The position numbers and the translations under genes are program-made. 64,000 nucleotides of DNA, taken from the NCBI RefSeq assembly GCF_009914755.1, contig NC_060926.1. One strand, given 5' to 3'. The first letter of the stretch is position 1. Each line of letters opens with the position of its first letter. The notes under the pieces were generated by a model. It saw only the letters and a program-made list of their open reading frames with translations, was not told the DNA's origin and searched no databases. Below, piece by piece: positions 44,765 through 60,008 of the stretch. Source of the DNA: the human T2T-CHM13v2.0 reference genome, Homo sapiens.

Positions 44765-45317
44765 CTGTGGGGACGCCCGCAGCGCCAGGAGCTGCCGCCT
44801 TGCCACCCCACGGGACGCGCACCTCCAGCCCCAATCCACCCGCGCCCCGCTGCCTCTTCGCGGCGCTCTCGCAGCCAAGCCCGGCGGCCGCAAGTTGGAG
44901 GCGGGCTGGAGGCGGGGAACGCGGACCGCCGCGGGCGCGGGGAACAAGCGGGGCCTCCCGAGTGCAGACGCCCGGCGCGCCTCCCGCTTAATCTGGGCAG
45001 GGCCGCTGGCCACTCCCTCCACCCTGCGCAGCCACCTCCCCACCGCGCAGCCACCTCCCCACCGCACACCCCCAAACGCCCCACCTCCGACCGCACCCCA
45101 CTTCCCCGCCTGGGCCCCCGGACCTTGGGAGCATCACCTCCTTAACCCCTTACCCTGGATCCGCGCCCACCTGCCCCTCAGGCGCCCAGCCCTTTCTCGC
45201 CTCCTGGGCACGATGCCCGGGTAGAAGGGACACTGCCTGGTAAGTTGGGAGGGAGGGGGTATGAGGGCGGGACCTGAGCCACGTCTTCCCTCCCTTGAAG
45301 CCACAACCAAAAAGCCT
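44765..45317 (-). other. COL4A4: COL4A4 non-coding first exon region (5' ends approximate); donors at 44765 and 45154
   Basis: Minus-strand donors CAG|gtaagg (44765/44764) and AGG|gtaagg (45154/45153); COL4A4 is known to have alternative non-coding first exons; the TSS cannot be determined from sequence alone. Confidence 0.75.
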
Positions 45318-45436
45318 GGGTGGGGAGGGACGAACCGCGCGACCGAGCCCTACAAAACCCGCCCCGGCCGAGTGGCGAGGCGAGCTTTCCAGCCGGGCTC
45401 CCAGAGCCGCGCTGCGCAGGAGACGCGGTGGCCTGA

Positions 45437-45682
<246 letters not shown>

Positions 45683-48600
45683 TAGTGGCGAGGCTGAGGG
45701 CTTCACGCAGGTCCCGGGACAGGCAGCGAGCGGAAGGGAGCAAGCGGGGATGCCCCGGAACAGGTGGAATGCGCGGGGCTGGGGGAAGAGGCGAGGAGGG
45801 GGCTTGTCCAGTGCCTAGGAGTCAGGGATGGCGGGGACAGGCCTCCAGAGGTCAGTAAATTAAAAAATAGACACATAGATAATCGCCAGGGATGATACGT
45901 GAGAACACCGGATGTGGAGATGCACGGTGTCACGCTGGTGAATCAAATCAAGCAGCTTGGCCCAGCGCACAGAGGGCTGGCAGGAGACACCTGCAGGGAG
46001 TCCCAGCCGCCACTTCCTAGCTGGGACGTCACACTAAACCCTGACCTCTCTGGGGCTCAGTTTCTTCCTTGCAAAACTTGCCCTCCAGTTTTCCTTTGCT
46101 ATTGTTGGGAAAAGCAAATGCTATCACTGAAAAATTAAGAGCACCTTAGAAATCGAACTCAGGTTAGAATCATTTAAGCAATCTGACACTTTGATTTGAT
46201 TTTTGACTTGGAATTTGAGTGAAACTGGATTTATTTAAATCCATCCCATATTTCTTATTCTTTGCCATTAAATAGAAATTGATTGTCCTCAAAACGATTG
46301 TGCCTCCTAGAGTTGACTCACTTGATTTTACCTTGTGAAAGTAAACTTTAACTTTTCAGATACTTGTTATTTTTACACTTTAAAAAGTTGATTTGGGTGA
46401 TAACGTGGCATAGGAAATTTCATTTCCAAGGATGAGCAGATGTTTTTACAAATGTTATCATTGAGATTATGATTGGAAATTAACGGTCACATAAATATTT
46501 ATATATGTTACATGAAAAGAATTTTAGAACCTATGGTCACATATAGGTTCTATATGTTTTTCCTATTTAAATTAAATGAAGACATTGCAGACATTATAGG
46601 TGAAACTAAAGCCCTCTCTGACACCCCCCATACCTCTCCCCATTTCCTTGTCTTCCAAGAGGTGTCCACTTTCACCACTTTCATATTTCATGTAGTTTTC
46701 CAAACATTGTCCATGAATTTACACACACACATATGAACCCACAAACATATATGTATGTTTTTGTTGGCCTTTTAACATAAATGATACTGTGCTGTATTCC
46801 TTTGCAACCTGTAGACCAGTCCATGTCAGTATTTAAGATCCTCCTGTTTTTCTTTTTGCTTTGTTGCACAGTATTTCACAATATGCCAAAGTTAATTGAA
46901 CCATTTCCCTATCAGTTTACATTTAGATTATTCACTGTTTCACATTCTAAAGGACATTTGTAATCTATGTAATCTGTTTGTGTAGCTGGTTCTAACAAAA
47001 ATGCACTTTGCATACATTAGGAATTCCCAGACCAGGTATTTAAATGCTACTAGGCATGATAGATAAAACTCAGTGGGGATTATCTACCAGCTTTAACCAG
47101 GACAAATAAATCCAAAAAAGCAAAATCCTAAAGGAAATGTGTGTTGTGGGGAAGCCTGGAGAAGAGATCCAGAGCAGGGTTTGCACATGTTTCTGAATTT
47201 AGAAGAACAGGAATGAGATTGGGAAGGGGTGGAAGAATTGTACTTATGTGAGGATCAGCCTGAAAAAGTAATGCTTGGGGACCATGCAAACTCTAGTTAT
47301 ACCATTTTCAATTCTGTTGTTACATTCCTTTGTTATTTTTACATGTAAACTTTTCTGTTTTGAGTTTGGCCAAATCTTGGTGACTTCTTGCTGAAATTAA
47401 TCCATTTGTATTGTTTTTCTCATCACTTGAAGTAAGTCTTTCATTAACAAGTTTTCAGGATTATCATTTCCAGTGTACCTGCTGGGTTAGAGAGAAAATA
47501 TGCCAGTAAAATAATGAAATGTGCCTTCATCTTGTAGAAAAAGGAATCACAACGTTCACTGATAATCGGGCAATGTGCACCAACATGGCTCCCTTCACAG
47601 AGAAACTCTGCTGTTGGGCAAGGCTGTTGACCACTCTGAGCCTCAGTTTTCTCATGTGTAAAATGAGAGTTGAAACCCCAGTGGGGCCAGCAGGTGAAGT
47701 AAGGAGTAAGGCAATGGGGTAAGAGAGACTCTTCAGAACCTAGTTGTTAGCATGCTAGAATTCAAGCCCAATTGTGCCAGCATCACTTCAAGAGAGAAGT
47801 TGGGAATCCAGTTTTTATTAGAAACTTCTCAAATTCTAAATATTAGCAACTAAGCCAAAACTTTACAAAAACATAGTGTGGGCCAAACAATGTATAAGTG
47901 AGAGCTAAATGTAACTTTGGAGCCATTATATTTTATTATTTTTGTTCTACTCCAGTTAAGGATGTGTTTCGCTCCAATTTATTCAGTTTTACTTTAGCAT
48001 TTCTCAAAACAGGGAAATAGCAGCGGTGTTGACTCTACATGCTAAGTTTGTTTAGACGGGGTGGAACTGTCCACCCACACAATTTGGACTGATGTGCCGA
48101 GAATTAAATACCTCTGCTACTTTGCACAGGCATCCAGTTCCAGGCTGGCTGCCCAGCGCATCCCCAGGTTTTATAGCTGTCAGGGCCCAGCTCACCCACT
48201 TGAAATAGGGCGGCACCTTGTTGTTGTCTCAGGCAATAGACCTGGGAGTGGAGGTATAGAAAGCCCCTTCTTTGATTTCTGGATAAGGTGATGTTCACAC
48301 ATTAAGATATCATGGTTTATCCTTCTTCTTGCCTTAGCATTCCAGACAGGGCAGCAATATGAGAAGCAAATGTCAAAACGTGAAAAACACCTACATTTGG
48401 GGAGGATGCCTTCTCACCGGGCTTCATTTTCAAATTTAAGCACTTTCAGTTAAATTAGAAAACAAAAAGTAATGGAACAGACACCAACTTATCTATCCCT
48501 GAGATTAAGCAAGTATTAATATACTTTGACTTGTTTGTTCTCAGATTTCTACCTTTAGGAAAAAAAAAATCTGAATACAGAAAGTCATACACACATTCTT

Positions 48601-49630
48601 TACTCCCTCTTCCATCCCAAAAAGTTTATGTATGTAATTTCCCTGCACAGTTTTGTGTGTGTGTGTCTGTTCTCCGTAAAAAATAAGTATTATTGTTTTG
48701 TGGTCTTTCATATGTGATAAATAGTTTCACATTACACGTATCTATTGGAGCTTGCTTTTTATCACTCCATATTATGTTTTTGGATTTTATCCATGTTGGT
48801 ACATATAGATATGATGTATTTGTAGTAATAGCTGCTGCATAGTATCTAGTTATATAAAGTATGATTCATTTTTCCATCTCCCTAAACAAAGTAAGCTTGT
48901 CTTTATATTTTCATTTTATAAAGTTGCAATGCATATTTTGGTATATGCACCACTGTGACAACTAGAATTTGAATTCCTAAGTGGTTCGTAGAGAAAACAA
49001 ATTTAAATATATTAGGAATTGACAAGTTCATCTGCAAAAGGGTTGTACCAACAATGTACCAGAGTGCCTGTTTCCCTATGTCTTTGGCAAAGCTTGGTGT
49101 GCTTAGATGTTAATGGTGTGAAATGAGATCTTGTTTTGACCAGTGAGTTTGTAAACTTTTTTCTTTTTTAATTGGCCCTTTATATTTCCTTCAGTGTGAA
49201 CTGCATAGTGCAACTTTCTGTCTGTTTATCTATTGTGAACTTTGCCTTTTTGTTGCTAATTAATTAGAAGTTATTTATATATTTGGATACAAAACTTTTG
49301 TCATTAAAGTGTATAGCAAATATTTTATTCCAATCTTTGGTTTATCTTTGAGTTATTGGTGCCTTAATGTATAATACTGTTTTCACTATAATCTCAAACT
49401 GATTTTGTTTTGACATTTTGTCTTTTGTACCTTGTCAAAATTTTTTTTTCCTTTCCTGGGATTATAGGAATGTTCTCCTACATTTAAAAAAAGTTTCATA
49501 GTTTAGCTCTTTTACAGTTAGATCTCTTAATCCTGTAATTATTTTCTGAATTATGAGATCTACTTTTATCTTTTTCCATGTAGATGACAAATCGTCCCAA
49601 CATTTTCAATCAAATAGTATATTCTTTCCT

Positions 49631-50540
49631 TCTTTTTTTTCTTTTTTTTATTTTATTATTATTATACTTTAAGTTTTAGGGTACATGTGCACAATGTGCA
49701 GGTTAGTTACATATGTATACATGTGCCATGCTGGTGTGCTGCACCCATTAACTCGTCATTTAGCATTAGGTATATCTCCTAAAGCTATCCCTCCCGCCTC
49801 CCCCCACCCCACAACAGTCCCCAGAGTGTGATGTTCCCCTTCCTGTGTCCATGTGTTCTCATTGTTCAGTTCCCACCTATGAGTGAGAATATGCGGTGTT
49901 TGGTTTTTTGTTCTTGCGATAGTTTACTGAGAATGATGATTTCCAGTTTCATCCATGTCCCTACAAAGGACATGAACTCGTCATTTTTTATGGCTGCATA
50001 GTATTCCATGGTGTATATGTGCCACATTTTCTTAATCCAGTCTATCGTTGTTGGATATTTGGGTTGGTTCCAAGTCTTTGCTATTGTGAATAGTGCCGCA
50101 ATAAACATACGTGTGCATGTGTCTTTATAGCAGCATGATTCATAATCCTTTGGGTATATACCCAGTAATGGGATGGCTGGGTCAAATGGTATTTCTAGTT
50201 CTAGATCCCTGAGGAATCGCCACACTGACTTCCACAATGGTTGAACTAGTTTACAGTCCCACCAACAGTGTAAAAGTGTTCCTATTTCTCCACATCCTCT
50301 CCAGCACCTGTTGTTTCCTGACTTTTTAATGATTGCCATTCTAACTGGTGAGAGATGGTATCTCATTGTGGTTTTGATTCGCATTTCTATGATAGCCAGT
50401 GATGGTGAGCATTTTTTCATGTGTTTTTTGGCTGCAAAAATGTCTTCTTTTGAGAAGTGTCTGTTCATGTCCTTTGCCCACTTTTTGATGGGGTTGTTTG
50501 TTTTTTTCTTATAAATTTGTTTGAGTTCATTGTAGATTCT
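49631..50540 (-). mobile_element. 5'-truncated L1PA (L1PA3-like), ~0.9 kb: ORF2p C-terminus, 3'UTR and poly(A)
   Basis: ORF 49866-50579 encodes the ORF2p Cys-rich C-terminus ([25 protein letters not shown]...SLIGGN); 3'UTR reads GCTAAATGACGAGTTAATGGG, lacking the L1HS-Ta ACA diagnostic. Confidence 0.95.
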
Positions 50541-51085
50541 AATGTTTTGCAGTGTTATAGCTGCAAACGTGTATACCATTCATATGTGGATCTATTTGTA
50601 AACTCTCTATTCCATTGGTCCAATATTTTTTTGTCCCTCCACCAATACCACACTGTTTTGATCACTATGTTTATATTAAATCTATGTCTGGTAGGACAAG
50701 TAGAAGATAGAACAGTTATCCCTATTATTATTATTCTTTAAATTTATGACAGGTATTCTTTCCTCTTTGCTCTTCTGGTTGAATTTTAGCATCTGCATGT
50801 CAAAGGTCCATCAAAGATTTCTGTGGGATGTTAATTGGTATTGCACTGAACATATAGGTAGGTTAACTGCTTGTTGTTGAAGTATAAACACATGGATGGT
50901 ACACAGAAATGCTACTGATTTTTAATTTTTGATGTTGGGTCAAGCAATATTATTGAATTTTCTTATTTAACAGTTTGTAGATACTCTTAGATTTTTTTAT
51001 GTAACTAGTCACATTGTCAGTGAATAGTTTTTCTTCCTTTCTAATCTTTATGCCTTTTTTCCCTTGTATTACTGTGCTGACCAGC

Positions 51086-51432
51086 TGTATTAATCTGTTT
51101 TCCTGCTACTGATAATGACATACCCAAGACTCGATAATTTATGAAGAAAAAGAGGTTTAATGGACTCACAGTTCTACGTGGCTGGGGAGGCCTCACAATC
51201 ATGGCAAAAGAGCAAGGGACATCTTACATGGTGGCAGGCAAGAGGGAAAGAGACCCAAATGAAAGGGGAAACCCCTTATAAAACATCAGATCTCATGAGC
51301 CTTATTCAGTACCACAAGAAACCACCCCCATGATTCAACTATCTCCCACCGAGTCCCTCCCACAACACATAGGAATTATGGGAGCTACAATTCAAGATGA
51401 GATTTGGGTGGGGACACAGCCAAACCATATCA
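51086..51432 (-). mobile_element. THE1 solo LTR with perfect 5-bp TSD ccagc
   Basis: ccagc|tgtattaatc...caaaccatatca|ccagc. Confidence 0.93.
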
Positions 51433-52416
51433 CCAGCACTTCAGGGCAATGCTAAATAAAAGCAGTAATAGTATGTATTTTTGTCTCATTACTGAAGTTA
51501 AAGGAAATATTTTAACATTTTATTAAGTATGATTTTTTCTGTAGAGTTTTAATAATTGTCCTCATCAGTTTAGGGAGTTTCACTCCCTAATATTACTGTC
51601 ATTGTTCTACTTAATGACTGGATGTTAATGTTATCATTTATTTAGTCTGTATCTATTTTAAGAAAATCATACATTCTTTAGTCAGTCACGGTAGCAAATT
51701 AATTTATTTTTAAACTATTTAACCATCCTTGTATTGCTGTGGGATAAAGTCTAGTTAAAATGGCTCTTCTTAAAACATATACTATTATTAAATGTGGCAC
51801 TAATATGGAAAAGTGAATTAACAAATGTAGCATTTAATGGCTTATTAGCTGAATACCCACATAAAGACCATTCGGGTCAAGGAACAGCACACTGCTAGCA
51901 CCCAGAAGTCACCCTTGCATCTGTCTCAGCCACAATCCCCTTTCTTTTCCCTGAAAGAAACTAGAATCTGACTTCTAATAATCATTTCCTTGCTTTTTAA
52001 AATGGATTTATCATCTAAATACTTATTCCAAGTGCTGTATTTTGGTTCTGCCTGTTCTGAACTTTATGTATGTAGATTCACACGCTTTGAGATAGTGTAT
52101 GTAAATTCCTAGTGCCATGCTCAGGGTATAAATGTAGCTAACACAGGAGTGGGCACCTGTGAGAGTCCACCTAAGACATATACACTGTGGCCATATGTTT
52201 GCTGACACCTCTAAACAGGAAAGTTGAGGTGTTAAATAACTGACGTGTATGATGGAACAAAATCCACATGTGCGTTGTTTTCTGGAATGAAGCTGTTGGC
52301 GTCTGTCTTAGTCTGCTTGGGCTGCCATCACAAAATACCATAGACTGAGTGGCTTAAACAGGCACTTACTTCTCACAGTTCTGGAGGCTGGAAAGTCCAA
52401 GATCAGGGTGCCAAAT

Positions 52417-53121
52417 TGTTCCTGGTGGTGAATCCGTGTGGGTCTGCAGAAACCTCAGTTCTTGCCTCCTCTGAAGAAAGAATTCAACTGAGGGGCAGAA
52501 GGCTGAAGGAGAGACCAAGGCAAGTTTTAGAGCAGGAGTGAAATTTTATGAGAAAGCTTTAGAGCAGGAATGAAAGGAAGGAAAGTACACTTGGAAGAGG
52601 GCCAAGCGGGCAACTTGAAAGGCAAGTGCCTCGTTTCACCTTTAACTTAGGGTTTTTATACGTTGGCATACTTCTGGGGTCTAGGGTCCCTTCTCTCCTG
52701 ATTCTTCCCTTGGGGTGGGCTGTCCGCATGCGCAGTGGCCTGCCGGCGCTTGAGAGGGGAGCATGCGCAGTGTGTTCACTGGAGTTGTATACGTGTTCAC
52801 TTGAGACATTCTTCCTTTACACTTGGAATGTCCCTGGAAGGTCATATACCAGTTAAACTCCGCCATTTTGCCTCTTAATGTGCATGCTTGAGCCCACTCT
52901 CCCAACTCCTGAGATCTTATCGGGAAGATGCTGCTCACCACCTTCAGGTGTTTTCATTTCTTGGGAGACTGCCTTTCCCTGGCACTGGCTGCAACCAATT
53001 ATTACTTTACAAAGACTGTTCAATAACCGCCTGACCATCATATGATAGTGGCCTGACATTCCTGATGAGGCGGGGGCCCTCTCCTGCCCTGCTCATGCCT
53101 GACTAGCTACCTACAGTAACA
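52417..53121 (-). mobile_element. ERV1 solo LTR (MER50-like) with 4-bp TSD aaat
   Basis: aaat|tgtt...taaca|aaat; reverse complement starts TGTTACTGTAGGTAGCTAGTCAGGCATGAGCAGGGCAGGAGAGGG. Confidence 0.82.
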
Positions 53122-53247
53122 AAATGTCTGGGTGCTGGTAAGGGCCCTCTTTCTGGCTTGCAGACTGCTGACCTCTCATTATATCCTCACAAGGTAGTTC
53201 GGCGGGGGTGGTTGGGGAGAAAGACAGAGAGAGAGCTACTGCTCTGG

Positions 53248-53645
<398 letters not shown>

Positions 53646-54349
53646 GTTTCTTCTGATAAGGGCACAGATCCCATCATGAAGACCCCACCCTCGTGACCTC
53701 ATCTAAACCTAATTACCTTCAGAGGCCCCACTTCCAAAGACCATTACCCTATGCTTACAGCTTCAACCTAGGAATTTAGAGGGACAGAAACTTTCAGTCC
53801 GTAACATTCTGCCCCTGGTCTCAAGATGTATTACAAACATAAAGAAGGCCTTAAAACTCTTTAACTGAAAAAATGAGTTAGAGCAAAGCTACTAAATGAA
53901 GCAAAGGAAGCTCGGTGGGTAAACTTAACCTGTGACAATCACAGTTTAAAATGTTAGTTTTAATATCATTTCTATAATAAAAATTCTCAGTGTTAGACAT
54001 CAGTGGGAATTAGGAACTATTAATAAAAACCTTTTGATACAACAGAAAACTCTTTGCTCTTCCTAGCATAAAGGATTAGACAGAAGCTTCACTTTATGGT
54101 GACGAAATAAGTACAAATCTGGTAAGAAAGCACCTTACTCCAGGTTCCACGTTGATCTCCCAAAATGTAAGTCCCTGGCTCTGCTTTTCTCAAAGTAGCC
54201 ATGTCAGCCTTTCCATTCTTCCAGGTGTTCCTCATGTAAATGCTAATTAGGGCCTCCGATTTCAGGTCCATTTCCTAACCGAGACTAAATTAAATTCTAT
54301 TACTGCGATAGTTTTCAACATCACACACCTACAAAACTTCGGGTAAACA

Positions 54350-54690
54350 TCTGTTTCCATGCTATACAATAGAAATATAATGTGAGCCATGACTACAAGC
54401 CTCATATGTCATTTTAAATTTAATATCTTCTAGTAGCCACATTAAAAAATAGAGATGGATGAAACTAATTTTAATATGTTTTATTTATACCAATACATCT
54501 GTAATATTATCATTTTAATATGTAATCACTATTGAAAACATTAATGAGATATTTTACAGACTTTTTTTCCTATTAAGTCTTCAAGGTCTGGTGTGTATTT
54601 TGTACTTGCTTCCAGAACATCTCAATTCAAATGAGCCACATTTTCAAGCATCTATAGCCATATGTAGCCACTGTCCTGGACAGCATATGT
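54350..54690. mobile_element. MER33/MER3-like hAT-Charlie element
   Basis: caatagaaatataatgtgagcca...tctagtagccacattaaaaaa...tggacagca. Confidence 0.7.
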
Positions 54691-55192
54691 CTATGTAAGT
54701 GGCATCCAGAGGAGAGTAGGTGATACAATCCATCATGTCATTCTGTGGAGAGAATAGATTTTGTCTGGTTATTTACCATAAGAAATAAATACTTGTCTAA
54801 ATGAAACACTTTAATTGAAGGCAAAAAATCAGGCTGAGTTGTGCCTAAATATCTGTGCATCTTTACCTCCAGAAAATTAAGATAGTTGGCCTTGGCTGCA
54901 ATGTTTAAATCTATACAAATTAGCATTGTAATTTGACAAGCATTGTAATTTTCTAAGTTATGTACAGGAAAAATTGAAAACACATCACAAAACGGAAAAT
55001 AATTGGAAAAAGGAATGGGGCAAGGGAAATATATTGAAAACCAACACACCACACCTTGCCTTTCATTTTAAACTAGAAATCAAATTATCACTAGCATCCA
55101 GACAGGTAAGAGGTTTAGTATTACATTGGCCAAGTAAATTCCAAAAAGGTCTCTCTTTTTCTTGTCTGAAAATGGTGACAACATATTTATAG

Positions 55193-55612
<420 letters not shown>

Positions 55613-55946
55613 TAGAAGACATAGGCGCTGGGCTAGGTGCTGGGACTCATTGGTAAACAAAATAGTCTGAATCCCCAGCCATGATGGAGTTAGAAGGCAG
55701 CAGCCCAGTGAAGAGACAAATGTGTAACATCAGATTGTGGTGCTGCAGGAGAGGATGGGGTGTGGTGATGGAGAAGGAGACTTTTTAACATTTGGTAGAG
55801 GTGGTCAGGGAAGCAGACTGAGGCTGGACATGGTGACAACCTTGTGAAGCACTGAGGGATGTGGTCCAGGACAGGGCCTCTCAGAAGTGGAGAGAGGCCA
55901 CACACTACCAATTTTACCACTTCTGGGTTGTCAAAGAATAAAACCA

Positions 55947-56304
<358 letters not shown>

Positions 56305-57861
56305 TTATATGCTGATCACAAAGGGAATTCCTGGCCCTGAAGGAATATGCTGAGTATTTTGCTACAGGTGAGGTGGGGGATGGGACACAGGGAGTCAGGG
56401 TACCACAGAGGAGGTGGGTCTGTCGTGGTTATGCTAATTGAGGATTGAGCATTGCTGGATAAATAGGGTGCAATAAGTCCACAGGCCTCTACATGGCTGT
56501 CTATGGTATAATTTTAATGTTCATGTTTAACAAATCAAAATTTTAGCAAAAGAGATATAATGCAGTGTTTTTATGCTATTCCCAAGACATTTGCATTAGT
56601 AATGAAATGACAGTGTGGTTTGGGAATCAGCCCACATATAAAATGGTGTGATGGAAACATTCTTCTTTCATTCCTGTTGACATATCTCTGCCCGTCTTTC
56701 TTCAGTCTCATTGGGATAGGTGTGAATTAGCCAAATGTGGCTGTGAAGCCCACAGCAAGATTGCCAAGCTAGGCCCAAGAGCCCTTATCCCACCTGACAC
56801 AGGACCAGCACAGAGAAAGATGAAACCCAGTTAAGGATCTGGAAGAAGTGAGGAGCTCCTCAGATGAAGAGGAGGGGAAGAGAACCAGTCTAGATCAACA
56901 TGGCAATTGCTCAGTCTGTCCCGTTTAATTGATTTGGTGCCATTATTTTGATAATTATTTATGTACATATGGAAGGTTAAAAATCCACCCCACTTCTAGT
57001 GCTTAGTACATACAATATCAGACTATCAAAAATGTTTCTTGAATCTTCCTAGGGTATAAAAATAAATATTTCCACATACCAGCGTCGGTATTGTATATGT
57101 ATGATATGAGTGTGTACATATAAATTTGCACACACGTATATTTAAATAATATTTTATATTCTCAGCATTTTGGTATTAATTATTGCGGTGAGATCATGAC
57201 TTTAAAACTCGTAACCTTCAGAGCCATTTGAAACACAGCCATATAAAAATCTTTTAATTTTCTAGCGGTAGTTTTAGGGTAAGTTAGGAGTTTTCCAGTT
57301 TAATCTTTAAGATCCATGTTTGTTAATTAGATTGTCTCTCCAAACTGGTTTCTTAGAGAAGTGATCCCAGTGTTTAAAAATGAGTTCAAGTGTATTTAGA
57401 AACTTTGAGAGATTTGTCGTTATGTAGACAAAACAGTCAGGTCATTGGATTTTTTTCCCACCGGGATATTTTGGTTGTTACATGAACTTCTCAAGGAAAA
57501 AAGTTCCACAAGTGGGAAGTTGGCAAATCTGCAATATTCTTTCTCTGTATCAAATGACGAAGTTTGTCTGGAGAGACCCAAGGCAACAAGGCCAGATATT
57601 TATTTTCTTTGTTGAACCAGAATGATAGGATAATTTTATGCTGTTTGCTTATGCTGATATTGGGAAAGCTAAAGAACTTGCATGCTGGCTTTAAAAAAAA
57701 GTTATATGTGCTGTACAAAATTTGGAAAAAGTCTACAAGTATGAAAAGAAACATAAAAATTAAAACTATTTATAATCATATTACCCAAAGAGGATTACTG
57801 GTAACATGTTAGTCTATTTCCTTCCAGATTTTTTTTTCTCCACTCTGCTTTTTCCTCCTAA

Positions 57862-58211
<350 letters not shown>

Positions 58212-58335
58212 TATTTTTCTAAATATAATTTTTAAATGTCTATAGAGAACTTTATTGTAGATTGGTACCATAAGTTATTTAAGTAATGCCCTCTTATTGA
58301 ACATTTTGATCATTTCCAATTATGTATTTAGAAAT

Positions 58336-58848
58336 ACGGTAGTCCTCCCTTATCTGCTATTTTGCTATTTGAGGTTTTAGTTACCTGTGGTCAATGGGTT
58401 CCAAAATATTCAGTAGAAAATTTCAGAAATAAACGATTCATAAGTTTTAAATTGTGCACCGTTCTGAGTAGCATGATGAAATCTCGCACCGTCCTGCTGT
58501 GTCCCACTGGGGCGTGAATCATCCCCTTTTCCAGCAGATGCACACTGTCTATGCTCCCTGCCCACAAGTCACTGAGTGCCCTCTGGGTTATCAGAGTGAC
58601 TGTCACAGTATCGCAATGCTTGTGTTCAAATAGCTCTTACTTTACTTAGCAATGGTTCCAAACACAAGACTTGTAATGTTGGCCATTGGGAAATGCCAAG
58701 GAAAAGCCATAAAGTGCATCCTTTAAGTGAAAAAGTGGAAGCTCTCAACTTAATAAGGAAAGGAAAAAATTGTATGCTGAGATTGCTGAGATCTACGGTA
58801 AGAACAAATCTTCTATTCATGAAATTGTGAAGAAGGAAAAAGAAAATC
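58336..58848. mobile_element. MER44/Tigger7-type DNA transposon
   Basis: ta+cggtagtcctcccttatc terminal; cataagttttaaattgtgcaccgttctgagtagcatgatgaaatctc. Confidence 0.82.
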
Positions 58849-59163
58849 GGGCCGGGCATGCTGACTCACACCTGGAATCTCAGCACTTTGGGAGGCCAGG
58901 GCAAAAAGTTCACTGTATTACCCAGGCCTAGGAGTTCAAGATCAGCCTGGGTAATACAATGTGACCTCTCTCTACCAAAAATTTAAAAATTAGCCGGGCA
59001 TGGTGGCATGTGCCTGCAGTCTCAGCTACTCAGGAGGCTGAGGTGGGAGGATCGCTTGAGCCCTGCAGAGTGGAGGCTACAGCGAGCTGACAGCACACCA
59101 CTTCACTCCAGCCTGGGCAACAGAGTGAGATCCATATCAAAAAAAGAAAAAGAAAAGAAAAAA
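58849..59163 (+). mobile_element. Alu (J-like)
   Basis: Alu body, A-rich tail. Confidence 0.9.
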
Positions 59164-59289
59164 GAAATGTGTGTATACTATATATAGAGTTCCATACTCT
59201 CCGACGTTTATTAAAGTCATTTTTTAAATGATTATGTATGCAGATGCTTTCTTAACAAATGTCTGATTTAGATGATGAGGTAATGTCAT

Positions 59290-59578
59290 TATTTTATTTT
59301 ATTTTTTTTGAGACAGAGTCACTCCATTGCCCAGGCTGGAGTGTAGTGGTATCATATTGGCTCACTGCAACTTCTGCCTCCCAGGTTCAAGCAATTCTCA
59401 TGCCTTAGCCTCCTGAGTAGCTGGGATTACAGGCACACATCACCACATCCAGCTAATTTTTGTTTTTGTTTTTTTTTTGTATTTTTAGTAGAGACAGGGT
59501 TTCACCATGTTGGCCAGGCTAGTGTTGAACTCCCAACCTCAGGTGACACACCCACCTCAGCCTCCCAAAGTGCTGGGT
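59290..59578 (-). mobile_element. Alu (S-like), 5' end missing
   Basis: Alu body stops at caaagtgctggg. Confidence 0.9.
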
Positions 59579-59706
59579 GTCATTCTTGATTTATAGGTGA
59601 GAGACTGATCCAATGATGTTCATCAAATTAGTAGAGAAAGTGGGCTTATAATTGGGATTTCCGGTTATAAGGATATTTGGTAGAGCCTTTTCCTTTAAAA
59701 AAATAA

Positions 59707-60008
<302 letters not shown>

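Larger units (their letters stand above)
48600..51750 (-). mobile_element. Highly degraded L1M remnants hosting younger insertions
   Basis: T-rich L1-antisense-like text (ccaataccacactgttttgatcact; gaaatgctactgattttt; gggcaatgctaaataaaagcagt). Confidence 0.65.

Noticed and set aside
49866-50579. Longest ORF in the window (237 aa) as a novel gene
   Set aside because: It is the L1 ORF2p C-terminus in a 5'-truncated L1PA. The first residues come from flanking DNA with a non-ATG start, and the endonuclease/RT domains and promoter are absent.
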